Source: Alphaproteobacteria bacterium
Lineage (GTDB): Bacteria > Pseudomonadota > Alphaproteobacteria > CACIAM-22H2
NCBI GenBank assembly: GCA_965279355.1
Contig: OZ257155.1
Span: forward strand, 4,276,230 to 4,340,229
Direction of reading: 5' to 3'
Length of the DNA stretch: 64,000 nucleotides
Shown: piece by piece, positions 22,728 to 33,203 of the stretch
Layout of the letters: each line of letters starts with the position of its first letter
Position numbering within the stretch: the first letter of the stretch is position 1
Program-made: the position numbers and the translations under genes
The notes under the pieces: generated by a model
Databases searched by the model: none
What the model saw: only the letters and a program-made list of their open reading frames with translations
What the model was told of the DNA's origin: nothing

Positions 22728-24191
22728 TCAGGGGCGGGCGCGCACCGGATAGGCCTGCGGGCTGCGCTCATCGATGGTCCGCCCGAGCGGGTCCCATCCG
22801 CCGACCGCCGCCCACTGGCTTTCGGCATCCTCTCGCGTCTTGAGCCGCAGATCGTCCATGTCGACGCCGAGGAGCCGGCGGTTTTCCACGCGAACGACGC
22901 CATCGACGATGACGGTTTCGACGTCGTCACCCATGCCGCATTCCACGACGGCCCGGATCGGATCGCGGATGGGACCGTAGCGCAGCGATGCGGCCTCCAA
23001 ATCGATGACGATGATATCGGCGGCGGCGTCGGGCTGGAGCCGGCCGAGGTCCTTGCGGCCGAGAAAATCCGCTGTGACGGTCGTCGCGGCGTCGTAGACC
23101 TCGTTGGCAGGGGCGGCGAACAGGTTCCGCGAAACGGCCTTTGCCATGTAGGAGGCGGTGCGCATCTGCATGATCATATCGCGCGGATAGGTGTCGGTGC
23201 CGAGCGCGATCGGGATTCCGAATTTCCGGTAGCGCGGCCATGTATCGAGGACGCGGCCACGGCGGACGAGGTTGATCGGACAGTGCGAGACGACGGCGCC
23301 GCTTCCGGCAAGAAGCTCAAGGTCGCGTCCGCCGGGATAGTGCATCGCGCCGTCCTGCGCCGGGAAATTGCAGTGGCCGATAAGCGTTCCGGGACGGAGC
23401 AGTCCGGTGCGGGCGAGCAGCTCGATCGGCGTGCAGCCATTGCGCGCCACGACCTCGTTGAACTCCCACGGGTTGTAGGCGGCGTGAATGGCGACGGCGA
23501 GGTTCTTTTCCGCGGCGATGGCGGCGGTCCGCTCCAGCAGATCGGGCGAGCAGGTATCGGTGTCGCGCGGCACCAGCAGGCCATGCACCAACCCTGACGG
23601 GTGCCGCTCAAGTCCGTCGATGAACGCCAGCGCCGCCGCGAGTTCCTCGATGCCGCGCTCTTCATGATCGATGCGATAGCGCCGCCCTGCGGCGTTGGCC
23701 GCCCAGCTGTAGCTTTCGTAGCCGATCCCGAGCCAGGTCCGGATGCCGAAGCGCTCGCTCTCCGCCGCCAGCGCCTTCTGCACCGTCGGATTGCTGCCGA
23801 ACTCGATGTAGCTGGTGATGCCGCTGCGCAGCAGCTCCGCCACGGTGAACCGCGCCTGCAGGGCGAGGTTGCCCAGGGCCGAGCGGCCGTCACCGGACGA
23901 ACCCGGCCGCCGCAGCGCGACTTCGTAGAACGGCTGGCCGAGATATTCGGGGCGCGCGGTGTCGCTCATCATGCGGTGCAGGGCGCGATGGCCCATGTGG
24001 ACATGGCTGTCGATGAAGCCGGGGCTGACCAGCTTGCCGCGCGCGTCGATCACCCGGTCGACGGGCTCCGGCCAGTCGTAACCGACATGGATGATCTTAC
24101 ACCCATCGATGACCACGACGCCGTCGGGCAGAAGCTCATGGCCGGCCGCACCATGCCCGATCACCCAGCCACCTTGAATCAACGTGCGCAT
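22728..24191 (-). CDS. amidohydrolase family protein (metal-dependent, chlorohydrolase/deaminase-like)
   Basis: 487 aa counted from [14 protein letters not shown] (ATG 24189-24191). It has the HVHMGH metal-binding motif and the amidohydrolase_1 TIM-barrel pattern. The track ORF adds 28 upstream codons. Confidence 0.85.
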   Translation of the reverse strand: MRTLIQGGWVIGHGAAGHELLPDGVVVIDGCKIIHVGYDWPEPVDRVIDARGKLVSPGFIDSHVHMGHRALHRMMSDTARPEYLGQPFYEVALRRPGSSGDGRSALGNLALQARFTVAELLRSGITSYIEFGSNPTVQKALAAESERFGIRTWLGIGYESYSWAANAAGRRYRIDHEERGIEELAAALAFIDGLERHPSGLVHGLLVPRDTDTCSPDLLERTAAIAAEKNLAVAIHAAYNPWEFNEVVARNGCTPIELLARTGLLRPGTLIGHCNFPAQDGAMHYPGGRDLELLAGSGAVVSHCPINLVRRGRVLDTWPRYRKFGIPIALGTDTYPRDMIMQMRTASYMAKAVSRNLFAAPANEVYDAATTVTADFLGRKDLGRLQPDAAADIIVIDLEAASLRYGPIRDPIRAVVECGMGDDVETVIVDGVVRVENRRLLGVDMDDLRLKTREDAESQWAAVGGWDPLGRTIDERSPQAYPVRARP

Positions 24192-24302
24192 GCCTTTTTG
24201 TCTCCGCTCGAGCCCGCTTGTCCGCACGAGGGAATTGCAATTACCGGGCCGGTGCCGCCGAATGCCTTGCACCACCGCCGGGGTTTGCCGATAACCTCCC
24301 GC

Positions 24303-27300
24303 ATGGAAGAATCGAAGAGCGGCGCCGGCTGGCAGTTCTGGATCGATCGGGGCGGGACGTTCACGGATATCGTGGGGCGGCGTCCCGACGGTTCGCTCAG
24401 TTCGCTCAAATTATTGTCCGCCAGCGAGCACTATCGCGACGCCGCATTGCAGGGCATCCGCGAGCTGCTCGACCTGGACAAAACGGATAGTCTGGCCGGG
24501 CGCGCCATCGACGCGGTGAAGATGGGGACCACTGTCGCGACCAACGCGCTGCTCGAGCGCAAGGGCGAGCGGGTGGCGCTGGCGATCACCAAAGGCTTCG
24601 CCGACCAGCTCCGCATTGCCTACCAGAACCGGCCCAAGCTGTTCACGCGGCGTATTGTTCTTCCCGATCTCCTTTACGAGCAGGTGCTGGAGATTGACGA
24701 GCGGATGAGCGCACAGGGGGAGGTGCTAACGCCGCTCGATGAGGATGCGGCGCGCGCCGGTCTGCAAAATCTCTTTGACGCCGGCTTCCGGGCGCTCGCC
24801 ATCGTGCTGATGCATGGCTATCGCTATCCCGACCACGAGCAGCGCCTCGGCGCGCTGGCCCGCGCCATCGGCTTCACGCAGATCTCCATTTCGCACGCGG
24901 TCAGCCCGCTGATGAAGATCGTCGGTCGCGGTGATACCACGGTGGTGGACGCCTATGTCTCACCGCTGCTGCGCCGTTATGTCGACCAGGTGGCGGCGGA
25001 ACTCGGCGATACCCGCCTGATGTTCATGCAGTCGAATGGCGGCCTCACCGATGCACGCGCCTTCCAGGGCAAGGATTCCATCCTGTCGGGTCCGGCGGGC
25101 GGCATCGTTGGAGCAGTGCGCACCGCGACGCAGGCCGGGTTCGAACGTCTGATCACCTTCGACATGGGCGGCACCTCCACCGATGTCGCGCTCTATAACG
25201 GCGAGTACGAGCGCGCCTTCGAGACGCTGGTCGCCGGTGTGCGGATGCGCGCGCCGATGATGAAGATCCACACTGTCGCGGCCGGCGGGGGCTCGATCCT
25301 CGGCTTCGACGGGGCGCGGTTCCGCGTCGGTCCCGAAAGTGCCGGCGCCGATCCCGGTCCCGCATGCTATCGCCGCGGCGGTCCGCTCTGCGTCACCGAT
25401 GCCAACGTGATGGTCGGCAAGATCCGCCCCGAATTTTTTCCGACGGTGTTCGGTCCCAATGGCGACCAGCCGCTCGACGCGCTGGTGGTCCGCCGCAAAT
25501 TCGCGGAACTCGCGGAGGCCGTGAACACGGTGACCGGCGAGACGCGCACGCCGGAAGAAATCGCCGACGGCTATCTCCGCATCGCCGTCGAGAATATGGC
25601 CAACGCCATCAAGCAGGTGTCGATCCAGCGCGGCTACGCGGTCGGCGGCTATACGCTGGTCTGTTTCGGCGGGGCCGGCGGCCAGCATGCCTGCCGCGTT
25701 GCCGACACGCTGGGTATGACGACGGTGTTCATTCATCCGCTGTCCGGCGTGCTGTCGGCCTACGGCATGGGTCTCGCCGACCTTCGAGTGCTGCGCGAGA
25801 AATCCGTCGAGGCACGGCTGGACGACATGCTGCTCCCCGATATCACGCAATCGCTCGATACGCTGGCCGTCGAGGCAACGGAGGAGATGCGCCGCCAGGG
25901 CATCGCTGATGTCGATATCGAGGTGCAGCGGAAGCTGCATCTGAAATACGAAGGCACGGACTCAACGCTGGTCATCGCCTTCGCCGATGCAGAAGCCGCG
26001 ACCGCCGCCTTCACGGCAGCGCATCGCCAGCGTTACGGCTTCATGATGCCGGACAAGACGGTGATCGTCGAAGCCGTCGCGGTCGAGGTGATCGGCCATA
26101 CCGAACGCATAGACACGCCGGTGGCTGATCCCGTCGACGTCGCGCCGCCAATGGCCGTGGCCAAGGTGGCGATGTTCGCCGAAGCTGCGTTTCACGAAAC
26201 GCCGGTGTTCACCCGCGAGACGTTGCGGCCGGGCATGAAAGTCACCGGCCCGGCGATGATCGCCGAGGCCAACGCCACGACCATCGTCGAGCCCGGCTGG
26301 ATGGCGGAGGTCACGGCCCGCGATCACCTGGTGCTGCGCCGCACCGTGGCGATCAAACGGCAGGCGGCGGCGGGCACGCAGGTCGATCCGGTGATGCTGG
26401 AGGTCTTCAACAACCTCTTCATGTCGATCGCGGAGCAGATGGGCGTCGCGCTGCAGAACACCGCCTATTCCGTGAACATCAAAGAACGGCTGGATTTCTC
26501 CTGCGCGCTGTTCGATCGCGAGGGCGCCCTGATCGCCAACGCGCCGCACATGCCGGTGCATCTGGGGTCGATGGGGGAGAGCGTGTCGGCAATCATGCGG
26601 GCGCGCGAAGGCACCATGAAACCCGGTGACGTGTTCGTGCTGAATGCGCCGTATAACGGCGGTACGCATCTGCCGGATGTGACGGTAGTGACGCCGGTCT
26701 TCGACGAGGCAAACGCCGAAATCCTCTTCTTCGTCGCTGCGCGCGGTCATCACGCCGATATCGGCGGGACCTCGCCGGGCTCGATGCCGCCCGACTCAAC
26801 GACGGTCGAGGAAGAGGGCGTCCTGATCGACAATGTGCAGCTCGTCGATCAGGGCCGGTTCCTCGAAGACGAGATGCGGGCACTCCTGTCTTCCGGCCGC
26901 TATCCCGTCCGCAATCCGGACCAAAACATCGCCGATCTCAAGGCGCAGATCGCGGCCTGCGAGAAAGGCGTGCAGGAGCTGCGGCGCATGGTCGCGGAGT
27001 ACGGTCTCGATGTCGTGCGCGCCTATATGCGGCATGTGCAGGACAATGCGGAGGAGCAGGTGCGCCGCGTGCTCGGCGTGCTGAAGGATGGGCGCTTCGA
27101 ATGCGCGATGGATGACGGCAGCGTGATCCGGGTGCAGGTGTCCATCGATCCCGTCGCGCGCACCGGCGTCATCGACTTCACCGGCACGTCGCCGCAGCGC
27201 CCGACCAATTTCAACGCGCCGTCTTCGGTGTGCAAGGCGGCGGTGCTCTATGTCTTTCGCACCCTGGTCGACGACGACATCCCGATGAATGCCGGCGTGC

Positions 27301-27914
27301 TCAAGCCGCTCAGGATCGTCATCCCCGAGGGTTCGATGCTGGCGCCGCGCTATCCCGCCGCCGTGGTAGCCGGCAATGTCGAGACCTCGCAATGCGTGAC
27401 CGATGCGCTGTACGGCGCGCTTGGCGTCATGGCGGCGGCGCAGGGCACCATGAACAACTTCACGTTCGGCAACGACCGCCACCAGTATTACGAAACCATC
27501 GCCGGCGGCTCCGGCGCCGGCCCGGATTTCGACGGCACCTCGGCGGTGCAGACGCACATGACCAACTCGCGCCTTACCGATCCGGAGGTGCTGGAGTGGC
27601 GCTATCCGGTGCTGGTGGACTCCTTCGAGATCCGACGCGGCAGCGGCGGCGCGGGCCGGCATTCCGGCGGCGACGGCGTGATCCGGCGCATCCGCTTCAG
27701 GGAGACGATGATCTGCGCGATCCTCGCCAACCGCCGCAAAGAGGTGCCGTTTGGACTTGAGGGCGGCGAGGCCGCGCAGGGCGGGCGCAACTGGGTGGAA
27801 CGCGCGGATGGCACGCGTGACGAGAAGGGCGCGACCGGGCGCTGGGACGTGCAGCCCGGGGACGTCTTCGCGATCGAGACGCCGGGCGGCGGTGGGTTTG
27901 GGAAGAAGAGTTAG
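24303..27914 (+). CDS. hydantoinase/oxoprolinase family protein, fused HyuA-HyuB (5-oxoprolinase-like, ATP-hydrolysing)
   Basis: The real start is [24 protein letters not shown] at ATG 24303, giving 1203 aa. It has an N-terminal hydantoinase_A region and a C-terminal hydantoinase_B region. The first 234 codons of the track ORF 23601..27914 are antisense read-through of the amidohydrolase gene. Confidence 0.9.
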   Translation: MEESKSGAGWQFWIDRGGTFTDIVGRRPDGSLSSLKLLSASEHYRDAALQGIRELLDLDKTDSLAGRAIDAVKMGTTVATNALLERKGERVALAITKGFADQLRIAYQNRPKLFTRRIVLPDLLYEQVLEIDERMSAQGEVLTPLDEDAARAGLQNLFDAGFRALAIVLMHGYRYPDHEQRLGALARAIGFTQISISHAVSPLMKIVGRGDTTVVDAYVSPLLRRYVDQVAAELGDTRLMFMQSNGGLTDARAFQGKDSILSGPAGGIVGAVRTATQAGFERLITFDMGGTSTDVALYNGEYERAFETLVAGVRMRAPMMKIHTVAAGGGSILGFDGARFRVGPESAGADPGPACYRRGGPLCVTDANVMVGKIRPEFFPTVFGPNGDQPLDALVVRRKFAELAEAVNTVTGETRTPEEIADGYLRIAVENMANAIKQVSIQRGYAVGGYTLVCFGGAGGQHACRVADTLGMTTVFIHPLSGVLSAYGMGLADLRVLREKSVEARLDDMLLPDITQSLDTLAVEATEEMRRQGIADVDIEVQRKLHLKYEGTDSTLVIAFADAEAATAAFTAAHRQRYGFMMPDKTVIVEAVAVEVIGHTERIDTPVADPVDVAPPMAVAKVAMFAEAAFHETPVFTRETLRPGMKVTGPAMIAEANATTIVEPGWMAEVTARDHLVLRRTVAIKRQAAAGTQVDPVMLEVFNNLFMSIAEQMGVALQNTAYSVNIKERLDFSCALFDREGALIANAPHMPVHLGSMGESVSAIMRAREGTMKPGDVFVLNAPYNGGTHLPDVTVVTPVFDEANAEILFFVAARGHHADIGGTSPGSMPPDSTTVEEEGVLIDNVQLVDQGRFLEDEMRALLSSGRYPVRNPDQNIADLKAQIAACEKGVQELRRMVAEYGLDVVRAYMRHVQDNAEEQVRRVLGVLKDGRFECAMDDGSVIRVQVSIDPVARTGVIDFTGTSPQRPTNFNAPSSVCKAAVLYVFRTLVDDDIPMNAGVLKPLRIVIPEGSMLAPRYPAAVVAGNVETSQCVTDALYGALGVMAAAQGTMNNFTFGNDRHQYYETIAGGSGAGPDFDGTSAVQTHMTNSRLTDPEVLEWRYPVLVDSFEIRRGSGGAGRHSGGDGVIRRIRFRETMICAILANRRKEVPFGLEGGEAAQGGRNWVERADGTRDEKGATGRWDVQPGDVFAIETPGGGGFGKKS

Positions 27915-27989
27915 GAAAGTTGGGCGCTGCGCGCGCTATCCGTCCTGCGCTGTCGCGCGTCCCCTGCAATCAACAGCTCAAAAATTATC

Positions 27990-28101
27990 TGTCACCCCAG
28001 CGAAAGCTGGGGCCCAGCCGTTGGGTGCTCACCCCGATCACGTTCCGTCGCGACTGCAGAACGACCGCGCCACCTGGGTCCCAGCTTTCGCTGGGGTGAC
28101 A
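27990..28101. repeat. MITE-like element with perfect 22-bp terminal inverted repeats
   Basis: TGTCACCCCAGCGAAAGCTGGG at 27990-28011 and its exact reverse complement at 28080-28101 are separated by 68 bp. The element has internal and flanking imperfect copies (GGTGCTCACCCC; TGACAATCAGGGG / TGACAATCGGGGG). It is intergenic between the oxoprolinase gene and a minus-strand terminator. Confidence 0.5.
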
Positions 28102-28130
28102 ATCAGGGGTAGATGACAATCGGGGGCGCC

Positions 28131-28167
28131 CAAAAACAAAAACGGCCGCGCATCGCACAGCCGTTTT
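28131..28167 (-). terminator. rho-independent terminator of the 28198..28497 gene
   Basis: On the minus strand: GUGAAAACGGC-ugugcgaugcgcg-GCCGUUUU, followed by UGUUUUUGG. The stem is 8-9 bp with a U tract. Confidence 0.6.
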
Positions 28168-28197
28168 CACAAAACCCTACCGAAGACGCTTAAGGCG

Positions 28198-28497
28198 TCA
28201 GCCCTTGCTCTTCGCCTCTTCGAACAGGCCGGCCAGCACCTGCGGGCGGTTGTTCACCACCGGCAGCTCCTGCGCGACCAGCAGGCCTTCGAGGCGCTTG
28301 GCGGTGTCGAGGGCGGCTTCCTTGCTGAGATTGGAATTCACCAGCGGACCCAGACTGCCGAACGACAGCGGCGCGCGCGTCTGGACGGAATCGTTGGGCA
28401 ATGTGAATTTTTCCGTCGGCGAAGCGGTCTTCGGCCGGTCGGCATTGGGTCGCGCGATGGGCGTGCCCTTGGTCGGGTCGATGGTCGACATGTCCAT
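28198..28497 (-). CDS. hypothetical protein
   Basis: 99 aa with ordinary composition and good GC3. It is followed by a clean terminator. There is no recognisable domain. It is divergent from the EamA transporter gene. Confidence 0.55.
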   Translation of the reverse strand: MDMSTIDPTKGTPIARPNADRPKTASPTEKFTLPNDSVQTRAPLSFGSLGPLVNSNLSKEAALDTAKRLEGLLVAQELPVVNNRPQVLAGLFEEAKSKG

Positions 28498-28605
28498 GGT
28501 CCTTCTTTAGCCGGCGCCCTTTTTGAGCGTCCTTTGAGCCAAGGTCCGTTCTGACCTTGTGCTAAACAGTCCGGAGAATAGAGCAAAACGGCCTCTGCTG
28601 CAAAT

Positions 28606-29523
28606 ATGTTACCCACCGGAACACCTCCGCCGGCCGACCGCCCCGGCCTCGGCATCACCTATATGTTGTTGGGAATGCTGTTCTTTTCGGCCATGGACGG
28701 GGTGGCCAAATGGATCGTCGTGGTCTTCCCCCTGATGCAGGTCCTGGCCCTGCGCAACGGCATGAATCTAGTGCTCATTTCACCCATTGTGTACCGGGCC
28801 GGCGGCTGGCGGAGTCTCCGGACCGGCCGCCCCTGGGCGCATGGAATGCGGGTCCTGCTCTCGCTGGGCGCCCTGACCTGCTATTTCGAGGCGCTGCGCC
28901 ACCTGCCGCTGGCGACCTGCGTGGCGCTCGCCTTCGCTTCGCCGCTCTTCATGACGCTGTTCTCCGTGGTCCTGCTGAAGGAGAAAGTCGGCTGGCATCG
29001 CTGGGGGGCGATCGCCGTCGGCTTCATCGGCGTGCTGGTGATCGTGCAGCCGGAAACCGACCAGCTCGCCACGCTCGCTGCCGGCCTTGCGATCCTCTCC
29101 AGCGTCTTCTTCGCGCTCAACATGACCACGGTGCGCTGGCTCGCCCGCCACGAAACCGAAGCCGCCATCCTCTTCCATCAGAATCTCGGGGTGGCGCTGA
29201 TCTGCGGGGCAGCGCTGCCCTTTGTGTGGGTGACGCCGACGCCGTTGGAATGGCTCGGCATCGCCGCGATGGCCGTGACGATGACCGGCGGCCAGATCCT
29301 GACCGTGAAGGCCTTCCGCATCGCCCCGGTCGGCGTGGTGGCGCCCTTCGAATACGTGGAACTGATCGGCGCCAGCCTGATTGGCTATCTGGTGTGGAAG
29401 GAAATCCCGGCCGACCACGTGTGGCTGGGGGCGGGGATCATCATTGCGAGCGGGCTGTATATGATCTGGCGGGAGACGGGGAAGAAAACGAATACGAATA
29501 CTGAAAAGGGAGTTATCACATGA
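28606..29523 (+). CDS. EamA/DMT family transporter
   Basis: 305 aa with 10 TM helices and two EamA repeats. Confidence 0.88.
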   Translation: MLPTGTPPPADRPGLGITYMLLGMLFFSAMDGVAKWIVVVFPLMQVLALRNGMNLVLISPIVYRAGGWRSLRTGRPWAHGMRVLLSLGALTCYFEALRHLPLATCVALAFASPLFMTLFSVVLLKEKVGWHRWGAIAVGFIGVLVIVQPETDQLATLAAGLAILSSVFFALNMTTVRWLARHETEAAILFHQNLGVALICGAALPFVWVTPTPLEWLGIAAMAVTMTGGQILTVKAFRIAPVGVVAPFEYVELIGASLIGYLVWKEIPADHVWLGAGIIIASGLYMIWRETGKKTNTNTEKGVIT

Positions 29524-29996
29524 AATCCGGCGTTCGCCGCATCGTCACCGGGCATGACAGCGCAGGCAAGGCCGTCATCCGCTTTGACGACACGATGGAG
29601 GCGAACGAGGATCGCGCCCCCGTCGCCAGGTTCTTCAAGCTGTGGACGACCAGCAGCAGCCCCGCCGACAACAACGACGAATACGACGGCAGCAACCGCG
29701 AGACGGGGCTGACCTCGCCGGGCGGCACGGTGCTGCGGATCGTCGATATCTATCCGGGCCAGCGCTCGCCCATGCACCGCACGCTGTCGCTGGATTACGG
29801 GATCGTGCTCGACGGCAAGGTGGACATGGAGCTGGATAGCGGCGAGGTCGCACACCTTCGGACCGGCGACGTGGTGGTTCAGCGCGGCACCATCCATGCC
29901 TGGGTCAACAACTACGAGGAGCCGGTGCGGATGGCCTTCGTGCTGATCGACGCGACCCCCGCGACGGTCGGCGGGAAGGCGCTGGGGCCGGTCTGA
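29520..29996 (+). CDS. cupin domain-containing protein
   Basis: 158 aa. Its start overlaps the upstream stop as ATGA. It has a cupin_2-like beta-barrel with HAWVNNYEEPVRMAF motif 2. Confidence 0.8.
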   Translation: MKSGVRRIVTGHDSAGKAVIRFDDTMEANEDRAPVARFFKLWTTSSSPADNNDEYDGSNRETGLTSPGGTVLRIVDIYPGQRSPMHRTLSLDYGIVLDGKVDMELDSGEVAHLRTGDVVVQRGTIHAWVNNYEEPVRMAFVLIDATPATVGGKALGPV

Positions 29997-30071
29997 CAGC
30001 CGCTACCTATTCTTTCACCAGCCCCGACAGTGGTGTGGGTGGTGAGATTTCGCACGGTGCCATTGCGATAT

Positions 30072-30698
30072 CTATCTTAGCCCGGCGCAGACAATCTCAA
30101 ACTGCTGCCGCAGTTTGCGCAGGCCGGACTTCACGTCGGGCTCGGCGGCGGCAAGGCAGAGCCGGATTTCCATTCGATAAAGGCTGAAAAAGATCCGGGC
30201 TGCGATTTCCGGCGGTGTCTTCTTGTTGATGAGGCCGCGCCGCTGCGCTTCGGCGACAATCTCGGTGACGCGCTGTTCGGTTTTCTGGACGCCGTTGCGG
30301 ATTCGGGTCGCGACCATCCCCTCGGAAAAGGTCATCTCCTTCATCATCTGGCGTGACAGGTCCGGCGTCTTGCAGAAGTAGCGATAGAATTCCCCGAAGA
30401 AACCGATGAGCTGGTCGGAGAGGGGGGCAGCCGGATCGACGTGTTCTGTCGCGCGCGCGATCAGCGGCTCGAATTCTTCATCGAAGATCAGTAGCAGCAA
30501 CTCGTGCTTGCCGTTGGCATAGAGAAACAGCGTTCCAAAGGCGACGCCGGCGCTGGCCGCGATATCCTTGGCTGTAGCGCGCTCGAATCCCTTCTTTGTG
30601 AAGACCGTGCGGGCCGCCTTGCGGATACGGGTCAGCTTGTCCCGCTTGTTTGACTCGCGGCGGCCGCCGGCGGCTTCGACGGCTGTTTCCATGGTCAT
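30072..30698 (-). CDS. TetR/AcrR family transcriptional regulator
   Basis: 208 aa. An N-terminal HTH (RIRKAARTVFTKKGFERATAKDIAASAGVAFGTLFLYANGK) is followed by a TetR_C ligand domain. It is divergent from the Rieske oxygenase gene. Confidence 0.9.
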   Translation of the reverse strand: MTMETAVEAAGGRRESNKRDKLTRIRKAARTVFTKKGFERATAKDIAASAGVAFGTLFLYANGKHELLLLIFDEEFEPLIARATEHVDPAAPLSDQLIGFFGEFYRYFCKTPDLSRQMMKEMTFSEGMVATRIRNGVQKTEQRVTEIVAEAQRRGLINKKTPPEIAARIFFSLYRMEIRLCLAAAEPDVKSGLRKLRQQFEIVCAGLR

Positions 30699-30762
30699 CG
30701 GATTGAAACCTCACGATGAATCGTCTGCATCAGTATCGCGTCGGAATGCTCTCGCCGGCAAG

Positions 30763-30830
30763 AAAAATGATTTCGATCATTTTTCATTTGACTGGCGGGC
30801 CTCTGCGGATCAAAAAATGATCATAATCAG
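30763..30830. promoter_or_regulatory. TetR-type operator palindromes in the divergent intergenic region
   Basis: AAAAATGAT-ttcg-ATCATTTTT is a perfect 9-bp inverted repeat at 30763-30784. A related half-palindrome AAAAAATGATCATAATC lies at 30813-30830. Both sit between the TetR gene and the Rieske oxygenase gene. Confidence 0.55.
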
Positions 30831-30851
30831 TTTTCTGCCGGGAGGACGCCA

Positions 30852-32051
30852 ATGAACCAGATGGCCGCCCGCCGTTCGCCCGATGGCAATGCCTATGGGC
30901 GCGGCCCGCAGCACCACGACGCGGAAATCACCGAGGTCGGACCGGGGACACCCTGCGGCGAGTTCATGCGCCGCTACTGGCATCCGGTCAGCCTGTCGGA
31001 GACGCTGACGGACATGCCTCAGGAGCTGCGTATCCTTGGCGAAGATCTGGTGATCTTCCGCGACAGGACCGGCCGGGTGGGTCTTCTGCATGCCCGCTGC
31101 GCGCATCGCGGGACGACCCTCTATTACGGCAAGGTTGAGGATCGCGGCATTCGCTGCTGCTACCACGGCTGGCTGTTCGACGTTGAAGGCAAGTGTCTGG
31201 AGCAGCCGTGCGAGCCAGATCTTGGCGCTGCGCATCGCGACAAGGTCCGGCAGCCCTGGTATCCGGTCGAGGAACGCTACGGCCTGGTCTGGGCGTATAT
31301 GGGCCCGCCGGAAAGGAAACCGGTGCTGACGCGCTGGGACGTGCTCGAAAATCTGGGGCCCGACGAAAAGTACGTAGTCGACGACGATGCAACCAGCGCC
31401 GGCGGCGATCACACGACGCAGATCGTGCCGACGAGCTGGCTGCACGACTGGGAAAACGTGATGGATCCGTTCCATGTGCCGATCCTGCACACGCGGTTCA
31501 GTGGCGTGCAGTTCATTCCCGAGGTTGGCGTAATGCCGGATGTGGAATGGGACCACGAGCTGCACGGACTGAAATACACCGCCTATCGCAAACTGGATGA
31601 CGGACGCGAAATGGACCGGGTGACTATCGCGCTTCTGCCCTATGCGCGCATCGTGCCGGATGCTGTCACCGGTCTGACACCCGGCCCGTCCAGGCGTATC
31701 GGCTGGGTCGTGCCGGTCGACGATACGCATCACCGCCTGTTCCATATCAGGCGCGCGCCGAAGGACTATGTGCGACCGCCCCTGCTGCCCTTCAACGGGC
31801 GCACGTGGTCGGAACTGACGGAAGAGGAACATCGCCAGACACCGGGTGATTGGGAAGCGCAGGTCGGGCAGGGACCGATCAGCCTGCACTCTGAAGAACA
31901 CCTGGCATCGAGCGACAAAGGCGTCGTCATGCTGCGTCGCATTCTGCGGCAGGAAATCCGCAAGGTCGCGGCGGGCCAAGATCCGATGGGTGTGTCCTTC
32001 GATCCTGACAAAGCCACGGTGACCGTCACCGCCGGCAACTATTTCAAATGA
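30852..32051 (+). CDS. Rieske [2Fe-2S] non-heme iron oxygenase, alpha subunit (alpha-only type)
   Basis: 399 aa. The Rieske motif is CAHRG...CCYHGW. The mononuclear-iron motif NVMDPFHVPILH is of D-x2-H-x4-H type. No beta subunit or reductase gene is adjacent. Confidence 0.9.
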   Translation: MNQMAARRSPDGNAYGRGPQHHDAEITEVGPGTPCGEFMRRYWHPVSLSETLTDMPQELRILGEDLVIFRDRTGRVGLLHARCAHRGTTLYYGKVEDRGIRCCYHGWLFDVEGKCLEQPCEPDLGAAHRDKVRQPWYPVEERYGLVWAYMGPPERKPVLTRWDVLENLGPDEKYVVDDDATSAGGDHTTQIVPTSWLHDWENVMDPFHVPILHTRFSGVQFIPEVGVMPDVEWDHELHGLKYTAYRKLDDGREMDRVTIALLPYARIVPDAVTGLTPGPSRRIGWVVPVDDTHHRLFHIRRAPKDYVRPPLLPFNGRTWSELTEEEHRQTPGDWEAQVGQGPISLHSEEHLASSDKGVVMLRRILRQEIRKVAAGQDPMGVSFDPDKATVTVTAGNYFK

Positions 32052-32080
32052 ACTGAGCGCAAGCTCCGGGAGAAACGCAG

Positions 32081-33043
32081 ATGTTCAAGAAAGCGCTTCT
32101 GATTCTTTTCGCGTCCATCGCTGCGTATCCTACGGCGGCACAGGAATTTCCCACGCGCACCGTCCGTATCGTGTCGTGGGCGGCGGGCACCTTTCCCGAC
32201 GTGGTGGCCCGACTGATGGCGGAGCACCTCAAAGAAAACTGGAAACAGCCGGTGATCGTCATCAACCGCGCCGGCGTTGGCGGCGTCGTCGCGGCGCAGG
32301 ATGCGGCGACCGCGCCCGCTGACGGCTACACGATCGTCTGGGGCGATCCGGTGGGCTGGCATCTCTTCAAGAAGTATCAGGTGCCCGCGAGCGAAGCGTT
32401 CGCCGGCGATTCGCTGGTCCCGCTGACGGGCGTCCTGGACGCGCCGTTGATGATGGCAATCGATGCCAGGCTGCCTGCGAAGACTCTGACCGAGTTCCTG
32501 GCCTATGCACGGGCACAGGCCGCGCTGGGCAAGACCGTCCCCTTCGGGGCCGGCGGCGTGCTCTCGGTTCATCACCTGTCGGCAGAGTTGCTGGCGCGTG
32601 AGACGAAAACGCCGCTGCAGTTCGTGGCCTACAAATCGCCTGCCGAGGTCATCCCGGCGGTGTCGGCGGGTGAACTGGCACTCGCCGTCTCCGGTCCCGC
32701 GGGGCTCGGCGAAGCCATCAGCGCGGGTCGCGTGCGGGCGATCGGCGTCACCAGCCGAAGCCGCCTGGAAACCCACCCGGACGTACCGGCCATCGCCGAG
32801 ACCGTGCCCAACTACGACATCACGGTGAAGGCAGGTTTTTACATTCACAAAGGCACATCGCCGGCGCTGATCGAGCGCATCAGTCGCGACGTTGCCACTG
32901 CCGTCCGCACAGCCGATGTAAGCGCCATGATCAAGCGATCAGGCGCGATTCCCACCGGGTCGTCCGCTGGCGAATTCCTGGCCGCAGCCACGAAGGATAT
33001 TGAAACGCTGTCGCCGGTGGCGGCGGCCGTCACCGGTAAATAG
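32081..33043 (+). CDS. tripartite tricarboxylate transporter substrate-binding protein (TctC/Bug family)
   Basis: 320 aa with a signal peptide (MFKKALLILFASIAAYPTAAQ) and a Bug-family fold. No tctA/tctB genes are adjacent. Confidence 0.9.
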   Translation: MFKKALLILFASIAAYPTAAQEFPTRTVRIVSWAAGTFPDVVARLMAEHLKENWKQPVIVINRAGVGGVVAAQDAATAPADGYTIVWGDPVGWHLFKKYQVPASEAFAGDSLVPLTGVLDAPLMMAIDARLPAKTLTEFLAYARAQAALGKTVPFGAGGVLSVHHLSAELLARETKTPLQFVAYKSPAEVIPAVSAGELALAVSGPAGLGEAISAGRVRAIGVTSRSRLETHPDVPAIAETVPNYDITVKAGFYIHKGTSPALIERISRDVATAVRTADVSAMIKRSGAIPTGSSAGEFLAAATKDIETLSPVAAAVTGK

Positions 33044-33203
33044 ACCTTCTGCTCTATGTTTCCGCCGTTCCGCGACAATCGTAAGGCGGATCAATTAGAT
33101 GAGTGCGGCCCTCAGGTATTGCTGTTTGACGCTTCTCTGACCTTGACGCTGCCCGCCGGTGCGGGCACGACTAGCGCCACTTCTTCAGGTCAGACGAGTT
33201 TCG

